Assembly: GCA_036507075.1 (NCBI GenBank)
Contig: DASXQR010000192.1
Location: 43,901 to 107,900 of the forward strand
Length of the DNA: 64,000 bases
Reading direction: 5' to 3'
Source of the DNA: Acidobacteriota bacterium
GTDB taxonomy: Bacteria; Acidobacteriota; UBA6911; JACQSX01
Positions within the stretch are counted from its first letter, which is position 1, and each line of letters begins with the position of its first letter. Shown piece by piece: positions 49,320-59,798 of this stretch. The notes under the pieces are model-generated. The model saw nothing but the letters and a program-made list of their open reading frames with translations, was not told the DNA's origin and did no database searches. Both the position numbers and the translations under genes were made by a program.

Positions 49320-49366
49320 ATATCCTCCTAGAGTTCCAGATTTCAGTATTGTAGCAACAAAGCGAA

Positions 49367-50698
49367 CTAAAACGGCAAGTTTAATTTTCCCAATCTTTTA
49401 CCGAGCATTCCGCTGCTCATCTGACGCATCATTTTTCGGGCCTGATCATACTGCCGGAGCAGCTGATTTACCTGCTGGACGGTGCAGCCACTGCCCCTGG
49501 CAATCCGTTTGCGGCGGGACCCATTAATGATCTTGTAGTTGTCTCTCTCGCGGGGAGTCATCGAATTTATGATGGCTTCAATGTGGACAAGCTCCTTTTC
49601 GTCTACCTGGATCTTGCTCAAACCCCTTAATGGGCCGACACTCGGAAACATTTTCAGTAGTTGCTCCAGCGGCCCAAGTTTCCGAATCTGCCGCAGTTGA
49701 TCGCGGAAGTCGTCCAGCGTAAAAGTGTTTTCGCGTATCTTTTCTATCGTGCGAAGCGCCTCGTCCTGATCTACGGCCTCCTCAGCCTTCTCGATCAGCG
49801 AAAGCACATCGCCCATTCCAATAATGCGGCCGGCCATGCGGTCAGGATGGAACGGTTCCAAGCCGTCCAGCTTTTCACCGACGCCGATGAATTTTATCGG
49901 CTGGCCGGTGACGGCCTTGACCGACAGCGCGGCGCCGCCCCGCGAGTCGCCATCCATTTTTGTCAGAATCACGCCGGTGACACCGATCTGTTCATTGAAA
50001 TCACGCGCACTATTGACCGCGTCCTGACCAGTCATGGCGTCTGCCACCAGGAGTGTTTCCATCGGCTGCGTTCTTTTCTTGATCTCCTTGAGCTCATCCA
50101 TCAACTCCTGATCCACGTGCAAACGTCCTGCCGTGTCAATCAGGAGGACATCGTAGCCGACGTTCTTTGCCTGCACCAGCGCCTGCTGGCAGATGGCGTA
50201 TGGATCATTTGATTCGGTGGTAAAGACCGGAAGGTTCAGATCCCTTCCGATGACGGCGAGCTGCTCGCGGGCGGCGGGCCGATAAACGTCGGCGGAAACC
50301 ATCAGTGGGCGATGACCTGCTTTGCTCAGAACGCGGGCGAGCTTGCCAGTGGTGGTGGTTTTGCCGGAACCCTGCAGGCCTGCCATCAGGATGACGCTGG
50401 GGGGCGTTTTAGCGAAGCTCAGTTCCTGGTTGGCCGTACCGAGTAGCCCGGCCAGTTCATCCCTTACTATTTTGACCACCTGTTGGCCAGGCGTGAGGCT
50501 TGTCATGACCTCCTGACCGAGCGCCTTTTCCTTGATGCGGGCGACAAACTCCTTTACCACCTTGAAATTCACATCGGCTTCAAGCAAAGCAATGCGGATC
50601 TCGCGCATCGCGGCATCGATATGCGCCTCGGTGAGCTTCCCCTCACCCTTCAGATCCTTAAGTATTCGCTGGAGCTTGCCGGATAGATTCTCAAGCAT
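49367..50698 (-). CDS. ffh: Signal recognition particle protein
   Basis: LLEADV, GLQGSGKTT, DTAGR, TKMDG, SRRKRIARGSG. Confidence 0.98.
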   Translation of the reverse strand: MLENLSGKLQRILKDLKGEGKLTEAHIDAAMREIRIALLEADVNFKVVKEFVARIKEKALGQEVMTSLTPGQQVVKIVRDELAGLLGTANQELSFAKTPPSVILMAGLQGSGKTTTTGKLARVLSKAGHRPLMVSADVYRPAAREQLAVIGRDLNLPVFTTESNDPYAICQQALVQAKNVGYDVLLIDTAGRLHVDQELMDELKEIKKRTQPMETLLVADAMTGQDAVNSARDFNEQIGVTGVILTKMDGDSRGGAALSVKAVTGQPIKFIGVGEKLDGLEPFHPDRMAGRIIGMGDVLSLIEKAEEAVDQDEALRTIEKIRENTFTLDDFRDQLRQIRKLGPLEQLLKMFPSVGPLRGLSKIQVDEKELVHIEAIINSMTPRERDNYKIINGSRRKRIARGSGCTVQQVNQLLRQYDQARKMMRQMSSGMLGKRLGKLNLPF

Positions 50699-50734
50699 GA
50701 CAAGCGGTTCCGCTTTCCTGATGAAAAAATTTTT

Positions 50735-50763
50735 ATGCTACACGCCCGGATCAATTTTAGCAA
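50735..50763 (-). promoter_or_regulatory. Candidate sigma70 promoter for ffh
   Basis: Minus strand TTGCTA-17bp-TAGCAT. Confidence 0.45.
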
Positions 50764-50780
50764 GCATGGGAGGGTCCGGC

Positions 50781-51003
50781 TTCACCACAAAGGCACTAAC
50801 CCAACAGTACCGCGATCCGCCAGGTCGCGGCGCGCCAGATAAAGTCGGCAGCGATTCGCTAAAAACCCCTCGCCCTGACTATTGTCGGCTCATCGCAGGG
50901 AACTGTGTCTGGTGCGCCGCGACCTAACGGATCGCGGTACTGTTGGAGTTCGAGACCTAGGTCACACAGAATGCTTCGTGAGCCCTGTGTCTTTGTGGTT
51001 AAA
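50781..51003. repeat. Composite nested element
   Basis: Outer ttcaccacaaaggcac / gtgtctttgtggttaa; inner inverted pair CCAACAGTACCGCGATCCGCCAGGTCGCGGCGCGCCAGA / TCTGGTGCGCCGCGACCTAACGGATCGCGGTACTGTTGG. Confidence 0.8.
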
Positions 51004-51023
51004 TCATCTTTTCCGCACTGCGC

Positions 51024-52904
51024 ATGAAGTTTCTCATCATCGGAACCGCCGGGCATATCGACCACGGAAAATCATCCTTGATTCGGTCTCTGACCGGGAC
51101 TGATCCAGATCGGCTGAAGGAAGAAAAAGAGCGCGGAATCACTATCGACCTCGGTTTCGCGCATATGCGAATTAACGAGACTGAAATCGGTTTCGTGGAT
51201 GTCCCGGGACATGAGCGATTCGTTCGTAACATGCTGGCCGGAGCAGGCGGAATGGATGCAGTCCTGTTTGTCGTGGCAGCAGACGAATCAGTCATGCCGC
51301 AGACGCGGGAGCATCTTCACATCTGCCGGCTGCTCGGCATCGAACGCGGCATCATCGTTGTTACCAAGATCGACGTTGTCGACCGTGAGTTCCTCCCCCT
51401 GGTGAGCGACGAAATTCGCAGCGCGGCAGGCGGGAGCGGCCTGAAAGACGCGCCCGTGGTTTTTGTTTCCAACACCACCGGTGAAGGCCTGGAGGATCTC
51501 AGGAAGGAGCTCGAAAACCTGTCATCACAGGTGACGGCCCGGACCACTCATCGACTCGCGCGCCTGCCGATTGATCGCGTGTTCACGATGCGAGGTTTTG
51601 GCACGGTGGTTACCGGAACACTGCACAGCGGGACTTTGGAGCGAGAGCAGACGGTCGAGGTTCTCCCCGTTTCCATCGCCTCCAAAATCCGCGGTATTCA
51701 AACCTACGGTCGCAAGTCTGACCTGGCGCGCGAAGGCCAGCGTACGGCGGTCAATCTGCAGGGGGTAGACAAGAACCTGCTGGCACGCGGAATGACGTTG
51801 ACTGTTCCGGGCGCGCTGAAGCCTGCTCACACTGCCGATGCCAGCCTGCTGATTGTCGCTGATGCGCCGTCGCCCCTGCGCAACAGGGATGTCGTGCGAC
51901 TGCATATCGCAACTCAGGAGACACTGGCCCGCGTGATCCTGCTCGAATGCGACGCGCTGGAACCTTCCTGCTCGGGCCTGGTGCAACTCCGCACCCAAAT
52001 TCCAATTTCCGCCTGGTCGGGAGACCGGTTCATCATCCGGCGCGTGTCACCGGCGACAACAATCGGCGGCGGCGAGATTCTAAATCCTGCCGCCAGGAAG
52101 AAAAGAAAAGGCAAGCCGGGCGTTGAATCCCTCAAGAAGCTCCAGGACGCCAGCGGAATGGATCGTTTGCGGGAATTGATTCTCGCCGAAGGACAACTCA
52201 GCGAAAGCGTTCTGGTTTCCTTTTCAGGCTTTCCGCCGGACTATCTTTTCGAGTCACTGAAGTCGCGGTCGGGGTTGGCCGTCCTCGACGCCGCAAATCG
52301 TTTTTACTGCTCTCAATCCTTCCTCAGCACGGTCGGCCGGCGCATAACGGAGACTGTTGAGTCATTTCAACAGGCGAATCCCCTGGCGCCCGGGATAAGG
52401 AAGGAAGAGCTGCGGACCAAACTTCCGCGCCATTTGCCTCAGGAAATCTTTCAATTTGTACTGGACAATCTGCGAAACGATTCCAGGCTGCAACTGGACG
52501 GCGAGTATATTCATATCGCGGGTAAAGGCAGTACGTTGGCCAGTGAAGACCAGAAACTGTTCGATCGCGTGGAAATGATGCTGCGCCAGGGAGGAATACA
52601 ACCGCCATCCATAAAAGAGCTGATGCAGGCATTGAATGACGATAAACGCGCCCGAAATGTTATCTTTCTGATACAGCAGAAGAAGATCGCCGTTAAAATT
52701 GCCGAAGATTACCTGATCCACAGCGAGCACCTCGCCCGCATCCGCGATAAGCTGTCCGCGCAATTCCCCTCGGGAGCCAGATTCGGCGTGGGCCAATTCA
52801 AAGACATGTTCGGCATTACGCGAAAGCACGCGATCCCACTGCTCGAGTATTTCGATCGCACCCGTGTCACCCGGCGGCTGGGAGATCTCCGGGAGGTTAT
52901 CTAG
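51024..52904 (+). CDS. selB: Selenocysteine-specific elongation factor
   Basis: [33 protein letters not shown]-terminal [13 protein letters not shown]. Confidence 0.97.
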   Translation: MKFLIIGTAGHIDHGKSSLIRSLTGTDPDRLKEEKERGITIDLGFAHMRINETEIGFVDVPGHERFVRNMLAGAGGMDAVLFVVAADESVMPQTREHLHICRLLGIERGIIVVTKIDVVDREFLPLVSDEIRSAAGGSGLKDAPVVFVSNTTGEGLEDLRKELENLSSQVTARTTHRLARLPIDRVFTMRGFGTVVTGTLHSGTLEREQTVEVLPVSIASKIRGIQTYGRKSDLAREGQRTAVNLQGVDKNLLARGMTLTVPGALKPAHTADASLLIVADAPSPLRNRDVVRLHIATQETLARVILLECDALEPSCSGLVQLRTQIPISAWSGDRFIIRRVSPATTIGGGEILNPAARKKRKGKPGVESLKKLQDASGMDRLRELILAEGQLSESVLVSFSGFPPDYLFESLKSRSGLAVLDAANRFYCSQSFLSTVGRRITETVESFQQANPLAPGIRKEELRTKLPRHLPQEIFQFVLDNLRNDSRLQLDGEYIHIAGKGSTLASEDQKLFDRVEMMLRQGGIQPPSIKELMQALNDDKRARNVIFLIQQKKIAVKIAEDYLIHSEHLARIRDKLSAQFPSGARFGVGQFKDMFGITRKHAIPLLEYFDRTRVTRRLGDLREVI

Positions 52905-52909
52905 GCACC

Positions 52910-53425
52910 GGTTGGCGGGTTGGCGGGTCGGCGGGTCGGCGGGTCGGCGGGTCGGCGGGTTACGGGTTGGCGGGTTGCGAGTTGTCGGGTTGCGGGTTGT
53001 CGGGTTGCGGGTTGGCGGGGTGCGGGTTGGCGGGTTGCGAGTTGTCGGGTTTCGGGTTGGCGGGGTGCGGGTTGGCGGGTTGCGGGTTGCCACAGCAGCC
53101 GAACCGCGCGCGTCAGCAAGCGGACCCTCGATGTGCCCGCTTCCGCCCAAAAACGTTCTTTACGAATTACTGCGTTAGATCGAGTGAAAGCAATCAGGCC
53201 AGCGTGCTGGACTATTGATACATCGAGAGTCCGCTTGCTGACGCGCGCGGTTCGGCTGTCTGTGACAACCCGACAACCCGACAACCCGCAATCCGCCAAC
53301 CCGCAACCCGCCAACCCGCCAACCCGAAACTCGCCAACCCGCCAACCCGAAACCCGACAACCCGCAACCCGCCAACCCGCCAACCCGAAACTCGCCAACC
53401 CGTAACCCGCGAACCTGCCAACTCC
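52910..53425. repeat. Heptamer/octamer (GGGTTGC, GGCGGGTT) inverted arrays enclosing an inverted REP pair
   Basis: Arrays flank CAGCCGAACCGCGCGCGTCAGCAAGCGGA / TCCGCTTGCTGACGCGCGCGGTTCGGCTG. Confidence 0.88.
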
Positions 53426-53496
53426 CGCAACGGGGGCGGAGTTGACTTTCCCGTCTCAAAACACGTACCATCGATTTAGATAGGAGTGCTCTAAAC

Positions 53497-53661
53497 ATGG
53501 GTAGTCTTGGAATGTCCGAGTTGATTATCATCCTCGTCATTGTAATCGTCGTTTTTGGCGCCACTCGTCTGCCGCAACTGGGCAAAGGTCTGGGCGAGGG
53601 AATCCGCAATTTCAAAGATTCGCTAAAAAGCGACGACGAAAAGAAAATCGAGAAACCATAG
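53497..53661 (+). CDS. tatA: Twin-arginine translocase TatA/TatE
   Basis: My translation: [44 protein letters not shown]; 54 aa, shorter than any ORF in the track; AGGAG RBS. Confidence 0.95.
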   Translation: MGSLGMSELIIILVIVIVVFGATRLPQLGKGLGEGIRNFKDSLKSDDEKKIEKP

Positions 53662-53673
53662 CCTCTTCTCAAC

Positions 53674-53817
53674 ACACCGCGAAGACGCGAAAGCAAAAAT
53701 TGCGCCTAGCTTCCTGTGTGGCCAGAACCACATACGTTTCGGTACTTAGTCCGACTTGAGCAGCCGTCACTTATTTCGCGCTTTCGCGCCTTCGCGGTTT
53801 CGGCTTTTTTTGACTTT
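53674..53817. repeat. Hairpin element, CCGCGAAGACGCGAAAG subtype
   Basis: accgcgaagacgcgaaagc...ttatttcgcgctttcgcgccttcgcggtt. Confidence 0.75.
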
Positions 53818-55235
53818 CAGAGCTTCTCCTTCCGCAACACTTTGATTCCCCCTCTCCATCCATTGTTTATTCCAATCAAATAGGCTTCAACTTCGGGCTG
53901 CAGATGCCTGGCAAACAGGCGCTGATCGGCGTGAAGCGACAGCAGAGGCGTAACGCAAAAGAGGAGAGGGGGCTCAACGCTGATTTGCAGCGATTCAAAG
54001 TAGCCGTTTCCCCGAAATGCATCATGCTGCTGCGCCTGCAAAACGATCCTCCAGTACGCCAGACCCTGCAAAAGCAAATCGATGGACTTGTGGACCTTGA
54101 CCTCGATCACCACCAGCCGCCCCGATTCCGTAACTCCGACGACATCAATGACCCTGCGCCGGCTCAGGTAAGCTGGAACCTGCGAATAGATCGGCGAGGA
54201 GCGCAGCTCCGGATCAAGGGCCTTGGGATCGCGAAGAATGAGACTCTCCAGCCAACGCTCGCCGTAAAGCTGGTACAGCGGGTCGCGCCGAAAGCGGTTG
54301 CAGGCGCGCCGCAATTCGCGCACCCGATGGCACTCCTCGCGAACCTGATGACGCGCCGCCGGGCCGTCCGGAAAGGGCAAATTTTCCTGCAGAGGAAGTC
54401 TCCAGCATTCCTCATCGGTCGAGAACACGGCGAACGGAACGCCGAGGTATTCAAAGCTCCATTCCTTCCCGTTTCGAATTCCTGCTTGAACTTCCTCGGG
54501 CAAGCAAAGTTTCGCGCTTAGATTCCTTAACTCCTCGCGGCTTTTCTGAGAGGGCCACAACAGCGGGATCGGTCCCGCGGAAGGAATCTTTATCTCGGCC
54601 ATCTCCGGAAAACGGAATATACGGACGGCAGCGGAAAGTTCGTTCACCAGCCTGCCTGCGGAAAGCGCAAGCTGGTCGGACAGAACCAATATCCCTCCGC
54701 GCACCGCCCTTCCCTTCTGTTCAACCCTGTTCCACAGGGCCAGCAGTTGTGCCACGACCGCTTCGGCATGCACGTTTTCATCATCTGCGGCGGCAACGGC
54801 CACAAACAATCGCCCCTGTGCTTGCAGGATCAGGCGAAGAAAGGCGCCCCCGCCGGCAGGACCGGGAGCAAATCCGGATTGAATCAGTTTCCAGCGACGA
54901 GAAACTTCGCTTTCGCATCGCCAGCGGAATTTCTGCCTTCGCAACCAGAGTTCATTCTTCCGGGACGGCTTGAGCAGCACGCCGCCCTCCCTGCCCCGCA
55001 CAACAAAGCGGTGAGTGGTCCGATGCCAGGTTCCCGCAATAACCTTGATCTTCAGGGCACCCGTCCGAAATTGAATGAATTCATCGGACTTCGACAGGTA
55101 AAAGTCCCCGGCCGCAAATCGTCGGTGTTGCCGCCCCGCCACGCAGACATACTCGGGCGCCTCCGAAAGAAATTCGGACAGCTCGCGTATCAGGGTTTGG
55201 TTGCGACAGATTGAGAGAAACGAATCTTTTGACAT
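53817..55235 (-). CDS. Hypothetical protein with C-terminal PD-(D/E)xK (NucS-like) nuclease domain
   Basis: ERWLESL, YSQV, IDVVG...GRLVVIEVK, QGLAYW. Confidence 0.7.
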   Translation of the reverse strand: MSKDSFLSICRNQTLIRELSEFLSEAPEYVCVAGRQHRRFAAGDFYLSKSDEFIQFRTGALKIKVIAGTWHRTTHRFVVRGREGGVLLKPSRKNELWLRRQKFRWRCESEVSRRWKLIQSGFAPGPAGGGAFLRLILQAQGRLFVAVAAADDENVHAEAVVAQLLALWNRVEQKGRAVRGGILVLSDQLALSAGRLVNELSAAVRIFRFPEMAEIKIPSAGPIPLLWPSQKSREELRNLSAKLCLPEEVQAGIRNGKEWSFEYLGVPFAVFSTDEECWRLPLQENLPFPDGPAARHQVREECHRVRELRRACNRFRRDPLYQLYGERWLESLILRDPKALDPELRSSPIYSQVPAYLSRRRVIDVVGVTESGRLVVIEVKVHKSIDLLLQGLAYWRIVLQAQQHDAFRGNGYFESLQISVEPPLLFCVTPLLSLHADQRLFARHLQPEVEAYLIGINNGWRGGIKVLRKEKL

Positions 55236-55246
55236 AATGTCTTGCA

Positions 55247-55296
55247 GTCAGTTATTTCGCGCTTTCGCGCCTTCGCGGCTCCTGCTTTTTGAATTC
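55247..55296. repeat. Single arm, direct repeat of 53766-53817
   Basis: 27 bp identical core TTATTTCGCGCTTTCGCGCCTTCGCGG. Confidence 0.8.
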
Positions 55297-55399
55297 TTCG
55301 CACCTTCCTGGACCGGCTTGTGACCTTTGGGCCGGTCTGTGATACATTCCTGCGGTTAACAAAACCGGCATCTCTTCAAATCTGCGAGATTTTTTTTCC

Positions 55400-56170
55400 A
55401 TGAGCTCGTACAAAAACCTGAAATTCACCATACAGGATGGAATCGCCCGCCTGGTGCTGGCCAGACCACCGCTGAACGTGTTCAGTATCGGCATGCTGCA
55501 GGAACTCAATTCCGCCATTGAAAGCCTGGCGGAAGCTTCAGACGTTCGCGCGCTGGTCTTCTCGTCCGAGCTGAAAGCATTCAGCGCCGGCGTCGATATG
55601 ACGGATCACACCGAAGAGCGCGTTTTTACCATGATCGAGCAGTTTCATACTTTGTTCCGCAATTTGCAGGACGTTGCCGTGCCGACCATCGCCGCGGTAC
55701 GTGGGATGGCGTTGGGAGCCGGATGCGAATTGGCGATTTTCTGCGACTTTGTAATTGCCGGAGAATCCGCAACCTTCGGACAACCGGAAATCAAAATTGG
55801 AATTTTTCCCCCGCTGGCCGCGCTCTTTTACCCAACGGTGATGGGAAGCCGAAGGGCTACGGAAATGATTCTGCTGGGCGAGAACATCGACGCGAAAAGA
55901 GCGCAAAGCTACGGTTTGATCAGCAAGGTCGTTCCCGATGAGCGGGTTGCCGACGAAGTGGACAATGTGGCGACAAAACTGGCTGGGATGAGCGCGGCTG
56001 TGCTGCGGACGGCGACCCGGGCGGTCCGAATCGGCGTTACTTCCAATTTTCAGAGTATGCTGGACCAGGTAGAGTCCCTGTACCTGAATGACCTGATGAG
56101 CCTGGAAGACTCGACGGAAGGGGTCCGCGCCTTCCTGGAAAGAAGAAAGCCGGAATGGAAAAATCGATAA
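55400..56170 (+). CDS. Enoyl-CoA hydratase/isomerase family protein
   Basis: FSAGVD, ALGAGCEL, FGQPEIKIG, EGVRAFLERRKP. Confidence 0.93.
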   Translation: MSSYKNLKFTIQDGIARLVLARPPLNVFSIGMLQELNSAIESLAEASDVRALVFSSELKAFSAGVDMTDHTEERVFTMIEQFHTLFRNLQDVAVPTIAAVRGMALGAGCELAIFCDFVIAGESATFGQPEIKIGIFPPLAALFYPTVMGSRRATEMILLGENIDAKRAQSYGLISKVVPDERVADEVDNVATKLAGMSAAVLRTATRAVRIGVTSNFQSMLDQVESLYLNDLMSLEDSTEGVRAFLERRKPEWKNR

Positions 56171-57333
56171 CCGGGAAAGAGGCGTCGCTCCATCGGGGCT
56201 TTTCCACCGAAGCTATCCACGCAGGACAGGAGCCTGATCCCGCCACCGGCGCCATTATCACGCCGATTTACCAGACTTCCACTTACGTCCAGCAGGGCCT
56301 TGGGAAACATAAAGGCTACGAGTACGCGCGCACTCAAAACCCGACGCGGGAAGCGCTCGAAAAGAACCTTGCGGCTCTCGAGCAGGGGGCCGGCGGGGTT
56401 GCGTTTTCATCAGGGATGGCCGCCATCAACGCCTTAATGACTCTGTATCAAAAGGGTGACCACGTCGTCTGTTCGCATAACATGTACGGCGGCACCTTTC
56501 GGCTGTTCGACCGTATCCTGAAGAATTTCGGGATGGAATTCAGCTATGTTGACACTTCCGCGCCTGGCAACGTCGAGCAGGCAATTCGAAAGAATACCAG
56601 ACTGGTGTACATCGAAACCCCTACCAATCCGATCATGACCATCACTGACATCTCGGCGGTGAGCGTGATTGCGCATGCCGCCCGCGCAAAGCTGGCTGTC
56701 GACAATACCTTCTTGAGCCCCTTCCTGCAGCGGCCGCTCGACCTGGGAGCAGACTTTGTCTTGCACAGCACTACGAAGTTCCTCAACGGCCACAGTGACA
56801 GTGTGGGAGGAGTGGTAGTCACGCGTGACAAGCAGGACGAACAGCAGCTCCATTTCATTCAGAATGCCGCCGGGGCAATCCTGAGTCCCTTTGACTCCTG
56901 GTTGGTGCTGCGCGGGACCAAGACGCTGTCGGTGCGCATGCGACAGCACGACGCCAATGGCGTGCTGATGGCGAGCTTCCTCAACAGTCATCCGAAAGTT
57001 CGAAAAGTATTCTACCCGGGATTATCCGATCATCCGCAGCATGCACTGGCAAAGCGACAGCAGTACGGCTTTGGAAGCATGATCTCCTTTGAAACCGGGT
57101 CGCTGCGGAATGCCCAAACAGTTTTGTCGTCTGTGCGTCTGTGCAGTCTTGCCGAAAGCCTGGGCGGAGTGGAAACGTTGATCTCGCATCCCGCCACCAT
57201 GACGCACGCAAGTGTCCCCGTCGAGGAGCGCAACGCGCTCGGCATAACGGATGGCCTGGTCCGTATCTCTGTCGGGATTGAGGATATCGAGGATTTGATT
57301 CAGGACGTGCAGCAGGCGCTTGATAAACTCTAG
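56155..57333 (+). CDS. Cystathionine gamma-synthase/gamma-lyase (PLP-dependent)
   Basis: PIYQTST, YARTQNPTR, ETPTNP, DNTF, HSTTKFLNGHSD, LAESLGGVE, RISVGIE. Confidence 0.95.
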   Translation: MEKSITGKEASLHRGFSTEAIHAGQEPDPATGAIITPIYQTSTYVQQGLGKHKGYEYARTQNPTREALEKNLAALEQGAGGVAFSSGMAAINALMTLYQKGDHVVCSHNMYGGTFRLFDRILKNFGMEFSYVDTSAPGNVEQAIRKNTRLVYIETPTNPIMTITDISAVSVIAHAARAKLAVDNTFLSPFLQRPLDLGADFVLHSTTKFLNGHSDSVGGVVVTRDKQDEQQLHFIQNAAGAILSPFDSWLVLRGTKTLSVRMRQHDANGVLMASFLNSHPKVRKVFYPGLSDHPQHALAKRQQYGFGSMISFETGSLRNAQTVLSSVRLCSLAESLGGVETLISHPATMTHASVPVEERNALGITDGLVRISVGIEDIEDLIQDVQQALDKL

Positions 57334-57530
57334 GTTTCGGGTTGGCGGCTTGGCGGGTTGCGGGTTGCCACAGCAGCCAACCCGCACTCGCCAACCTGCA
57401 ACTCGCCAACCCGTAACCCGGAAACCCACAAACCCGGAAACCCGTAACCCGGAAACCCGGAAACCCGTAACCCGCAACTCGCCAACCGCCAACCCGCCAA
57501 CTCGCCAACCCGGAACCGTAGCCAGCCAAC
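57334..57530. repeat. Heptamer/octamer (AACCCGC/AACCCGGA) array, same subtype as 52910-53425
   Basis: gggttggcggcttggcgggttgcgggttgccacagcagcc...aacccgtaacccggaaaccc. Confidence 0.85.
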
Positions 57531-58396
57531 TATTCAGTAAACACCACTTTCAGTTTGACCGTGGCGGCGACGACCTCGCCATCCTGAACCGCGGGCAGAA
57601 ACTTCCAACTGTTGCGCACTACAGCCAGGGCGCGTTCTCCAGCTTCTGTCAAGGGAGCTTTCACAACCGATGCATCGAGCAGTTCGCCCCGTTTGGAGAC
57701 GAGTCCCTTGATCTCCACTTCCGCGCCGGCCGGAGCGGCCGCAAAGGGTTTGGGCTCTTTCTTTTCCAGGACGCGGGGCGGCAATGGGTCCCCGGATTTG
57801 GGCAGTAACTGCTCCAGTTCAGCGGTTTCTCCTTCCGGATATTCCACTACCCTTCCGTAGCCTTGAAAGATTCCCGCATCCTTTAGAGCCTTTTCCGAGC
57901 TGTCAAGCTTCAGGTCAATGTCTGAGATTTCACCTTCCAGCGTGTCGAAATCACGCTTTGTCAGACTTTGAAGAAAAAAGTAACGAGATCCGGATCGAAC
58001 TATGACCTTGTCGGGGCCCGAGAGCAGCTTGCCAACCACCGTCAAGCCGGCAAACGCGCGCGGTTTGACCAATTGGGTGGCGTAAAACGCGTCTGTGGAG
58101 ACCTTCTCTTCCTTCCGAAAGACCTGTCCAAAACCTCTTTCCAAACCCGCTTCCACCACAACGTCATACGCGCGCACCACCAGAACTTCTTCGCTCAGAT
58201 TGATCACGTTAAGAATAAGTTCCTGGTCTGATGTGGGTTCCGCCGTAATGATCCGCTTGTCGGAGAGATATGCAAAATAAGCCGGAGCTGCCGCCGCCCG
58301 GTGGTTCAGCAGGAAGAATGCGGCGACAACCCCAAGCCAGGTCGGTAAGTTCACCGACCTTTGCTTAAGAACGAATTCCAGTCTGCGAATGTTCAT
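57530..58396 (-). CDS. Secreted protein with C-terminal TonB-like domain
   Basis: Signal-like segment; PPRVL..P...GLVSKRG...ALAVV..WKFLPAVQDG. Confidence 0.7.
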   Translation of the reverse strand: MNIRRLEFVLKQRSVNLPTWLGVVAAFFLLNHRAAAAPAYFAYLSDKRIITAEPTSDQELILNVINLSEEVLVVRAYDVVVEAGLERGFGQVFRKEEKVSTDAFYATQLVKPRAFAGLTVVGKLLSGPDKVIVRSGSRYFFLQSLTKRDFDTLEGEISDIDLKLDSSEKALKDAGIFQGYGRVVEYPEGETAELEQLLPKSGDPLPPRVLEKKEPKPFAAAPAGAEVEIKGLVSKRGELLDASVVKAPLTEAGERALAVVRNSWKFLPAVQDGEVVAATVKLKVVFTE

Positions 58397-58398
58397 TT

Positions 58399-58460
58399 AG
58401 GTTTTCGGGTTTCAGGGTTACGAGTCACAAGTTAACCCGTAACCCGAAAACCCGCAACTT
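58399..58460. repeat. Short heptamer hairpin (GGGTTAC/AACCCG)
   Basis: ggttttcgggtttcagggttacgag...aacccgtaacccgaaaacccgcaac. Confidence 0.65.
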
Positions 58461-58462
58461 AT

Positions 58463-59794
58463 CTACAGTGGCAGGATCAGGCGCGCTTCGCAACCGTGGC
58501 CCGTCGTTTTATTCTGCAGCGTCAACGTTCCCCCGTGAGCCTCCGCAATTTGCCTGCTCAGGACCAGGCCGATCCCGGAACCTTCCGGCTTGGTGGTAAA
58601 AAACGGGACAAAAAGATTCGCCGTGTTCGACAAGCCAGGTCCTTCGTCCTCGATGCTAACCTCCGCATGACCGTTTCTCGCTTCCCACGCTATTTTAACC
58701 GCTCCGAGTGTTTCCAATGAGGCGTCCACAGCGTTTCGCACCAGATTTATCAGCAATTGCTCCAACTGATCAGGGTCGGCACGCACCGTAAGATCGGAAT
58801 TCGAAACCAGCCTCACGTTGAGCCGTGTTTCCAGTCCGGCTACGCGCCTGATTAATTCACCGAGCGAAACACTCTGCAACTGCGGCTGGGGAAGCTTGGC
58901 CAGGCGAGCGTAGGCCTTCATGAAGCGACTGAGAGACTCCGCCCGCGTTTCGATCACCGCCAGGCCGCGCTGCATATCGTCGCGCCAGTCGTGCGGCGTG
59001 GGCTGCCGCGCCAGCACGCTTTGCAGGCTGCCTGCCATGGATTTGATGGGCGTAAGCGAGTTGTTCAATTCGTGCGTCAGAACGCGGATCAGCCGCTGCC
59101 ATGCCTGGTTCTCCTCTTCGCGCAAGGCGCGGCTCAGATCTGACAAAACCAGAAGCTGATGCGGTGCCCCCCGCTCGCGAAAACGGGAGCGCCGCACACC
59201 CCACCGGCCGATTCCACCGGGAAAAATTTTTTGAATCGTGCCGGGAGCTCCAGCGTCCAGACATTCGGCCAATCCCAGTGCGGCGGCACTTTGCCCCAGC
59301 AGCTTCTCGGCAGGAAGTCCGAGCAGCTTTTCTCCGGCCCGGTTTAACAGTTGAAGCTTGTCTTGCGAATCGAAGGTGAAAACAGCGATGTCGATTTCTT
59401 CCATTACCTTCCTGACCAGGGCCGAAGCCTCCATCGCGCCGAGCCGTTGTTCGCGCAGCGTCTCTCCCAGTGTATTGACCTCCAGCATTACTTCCCCCAG
59501 GCTGTCGCCCAGGCGCGCCCCCCGGGCACGGATGGAGAAATCTTCCTCTCTTAACGCTGAAAGAAGGTTGGAAAGGGTCTGCAGCGGGAAGACGACGCGG
59601 TGACGAAGTGCGGATGCAATCCCCAGCCAAAAGCAGAAGATGAACACCGTCAGGGTCCACTCCACTTTGGAGGAATATCCGCCCGTCCAGAGAAGGATCA
59701 GCGCTACCAGTGAGCCGGGCACACCGGACAAAAAAGCCAGCAGGCCGATTCGCTGATCAAAGCCTATTTTTCGTTTCCGAGCCGGCTTAGCCAT
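58463..59794 (-). CDS. Sensor histidine kinase (PAS, NtrY-like)
   Basis: Two TMs, THELNNSL, NLVRNA, DEGPG, PFFTTK, GSGIGL; start MAKPARK, because the longer ORF is translated repeat. Confidence 0.92.
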   Translation of the reverse strand: MAKPARKRKIGFDQRIGLLAFLSGVPGSLVALILLWTGGYSSKVEWTLTVFIFCFWLGIASALRHRVVFPLQTLSNLLSALREEDFSIRARGARLGDSLGEVMLEVNTLGETLREQRLGAMEASALVRKVMEEIDIAVFTFDSQDKLQLLNRAGEKLLGLPAEKLLGQSAAALGLAECLDAGAPGTIQKIFPGGIGRWGVRRSRFRERGAPHQLLVLSDLSRALREEENQAWQRLIRVLTHELNNSLTPIKSMAGSLQSVLARQPTPHDWRDDMQRGLAVIETRAESLSRFMKAYARLAKLPQPQLQSVSLGELIRRVAGLETRLNVRLVSNSDLTVRADPDQLEQLLINLVRNAVDASLETLGAVKIAWEARNGHAEVSIEDEGPGLSNTANLFVPFFTTKPEGSGIGLVLSRQIAEAHGGTLTLQNKTTGHGCEARLILPL

Positions 59795-59798
59795 ATTT

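Noticed and set aside
50699..53496. tRNA-Sec, selA/selD or SRP RNA near selB and ffh
   Set aside because: The flanking structured DNA is accounted for by repeat elements; no cloverleaf with a TCA anticodon or SRP motif was recognised by eye.
52362..53696. Overlapping low-complexity ORFs (RNPPT, GLAGC and RVAGW repeats), including Cys-rich RiPP-like peptides
   Set aside because: They are translations of the heptamer/octamer arrays, open in several frames on both strands, with no RBS or maturase nearby.
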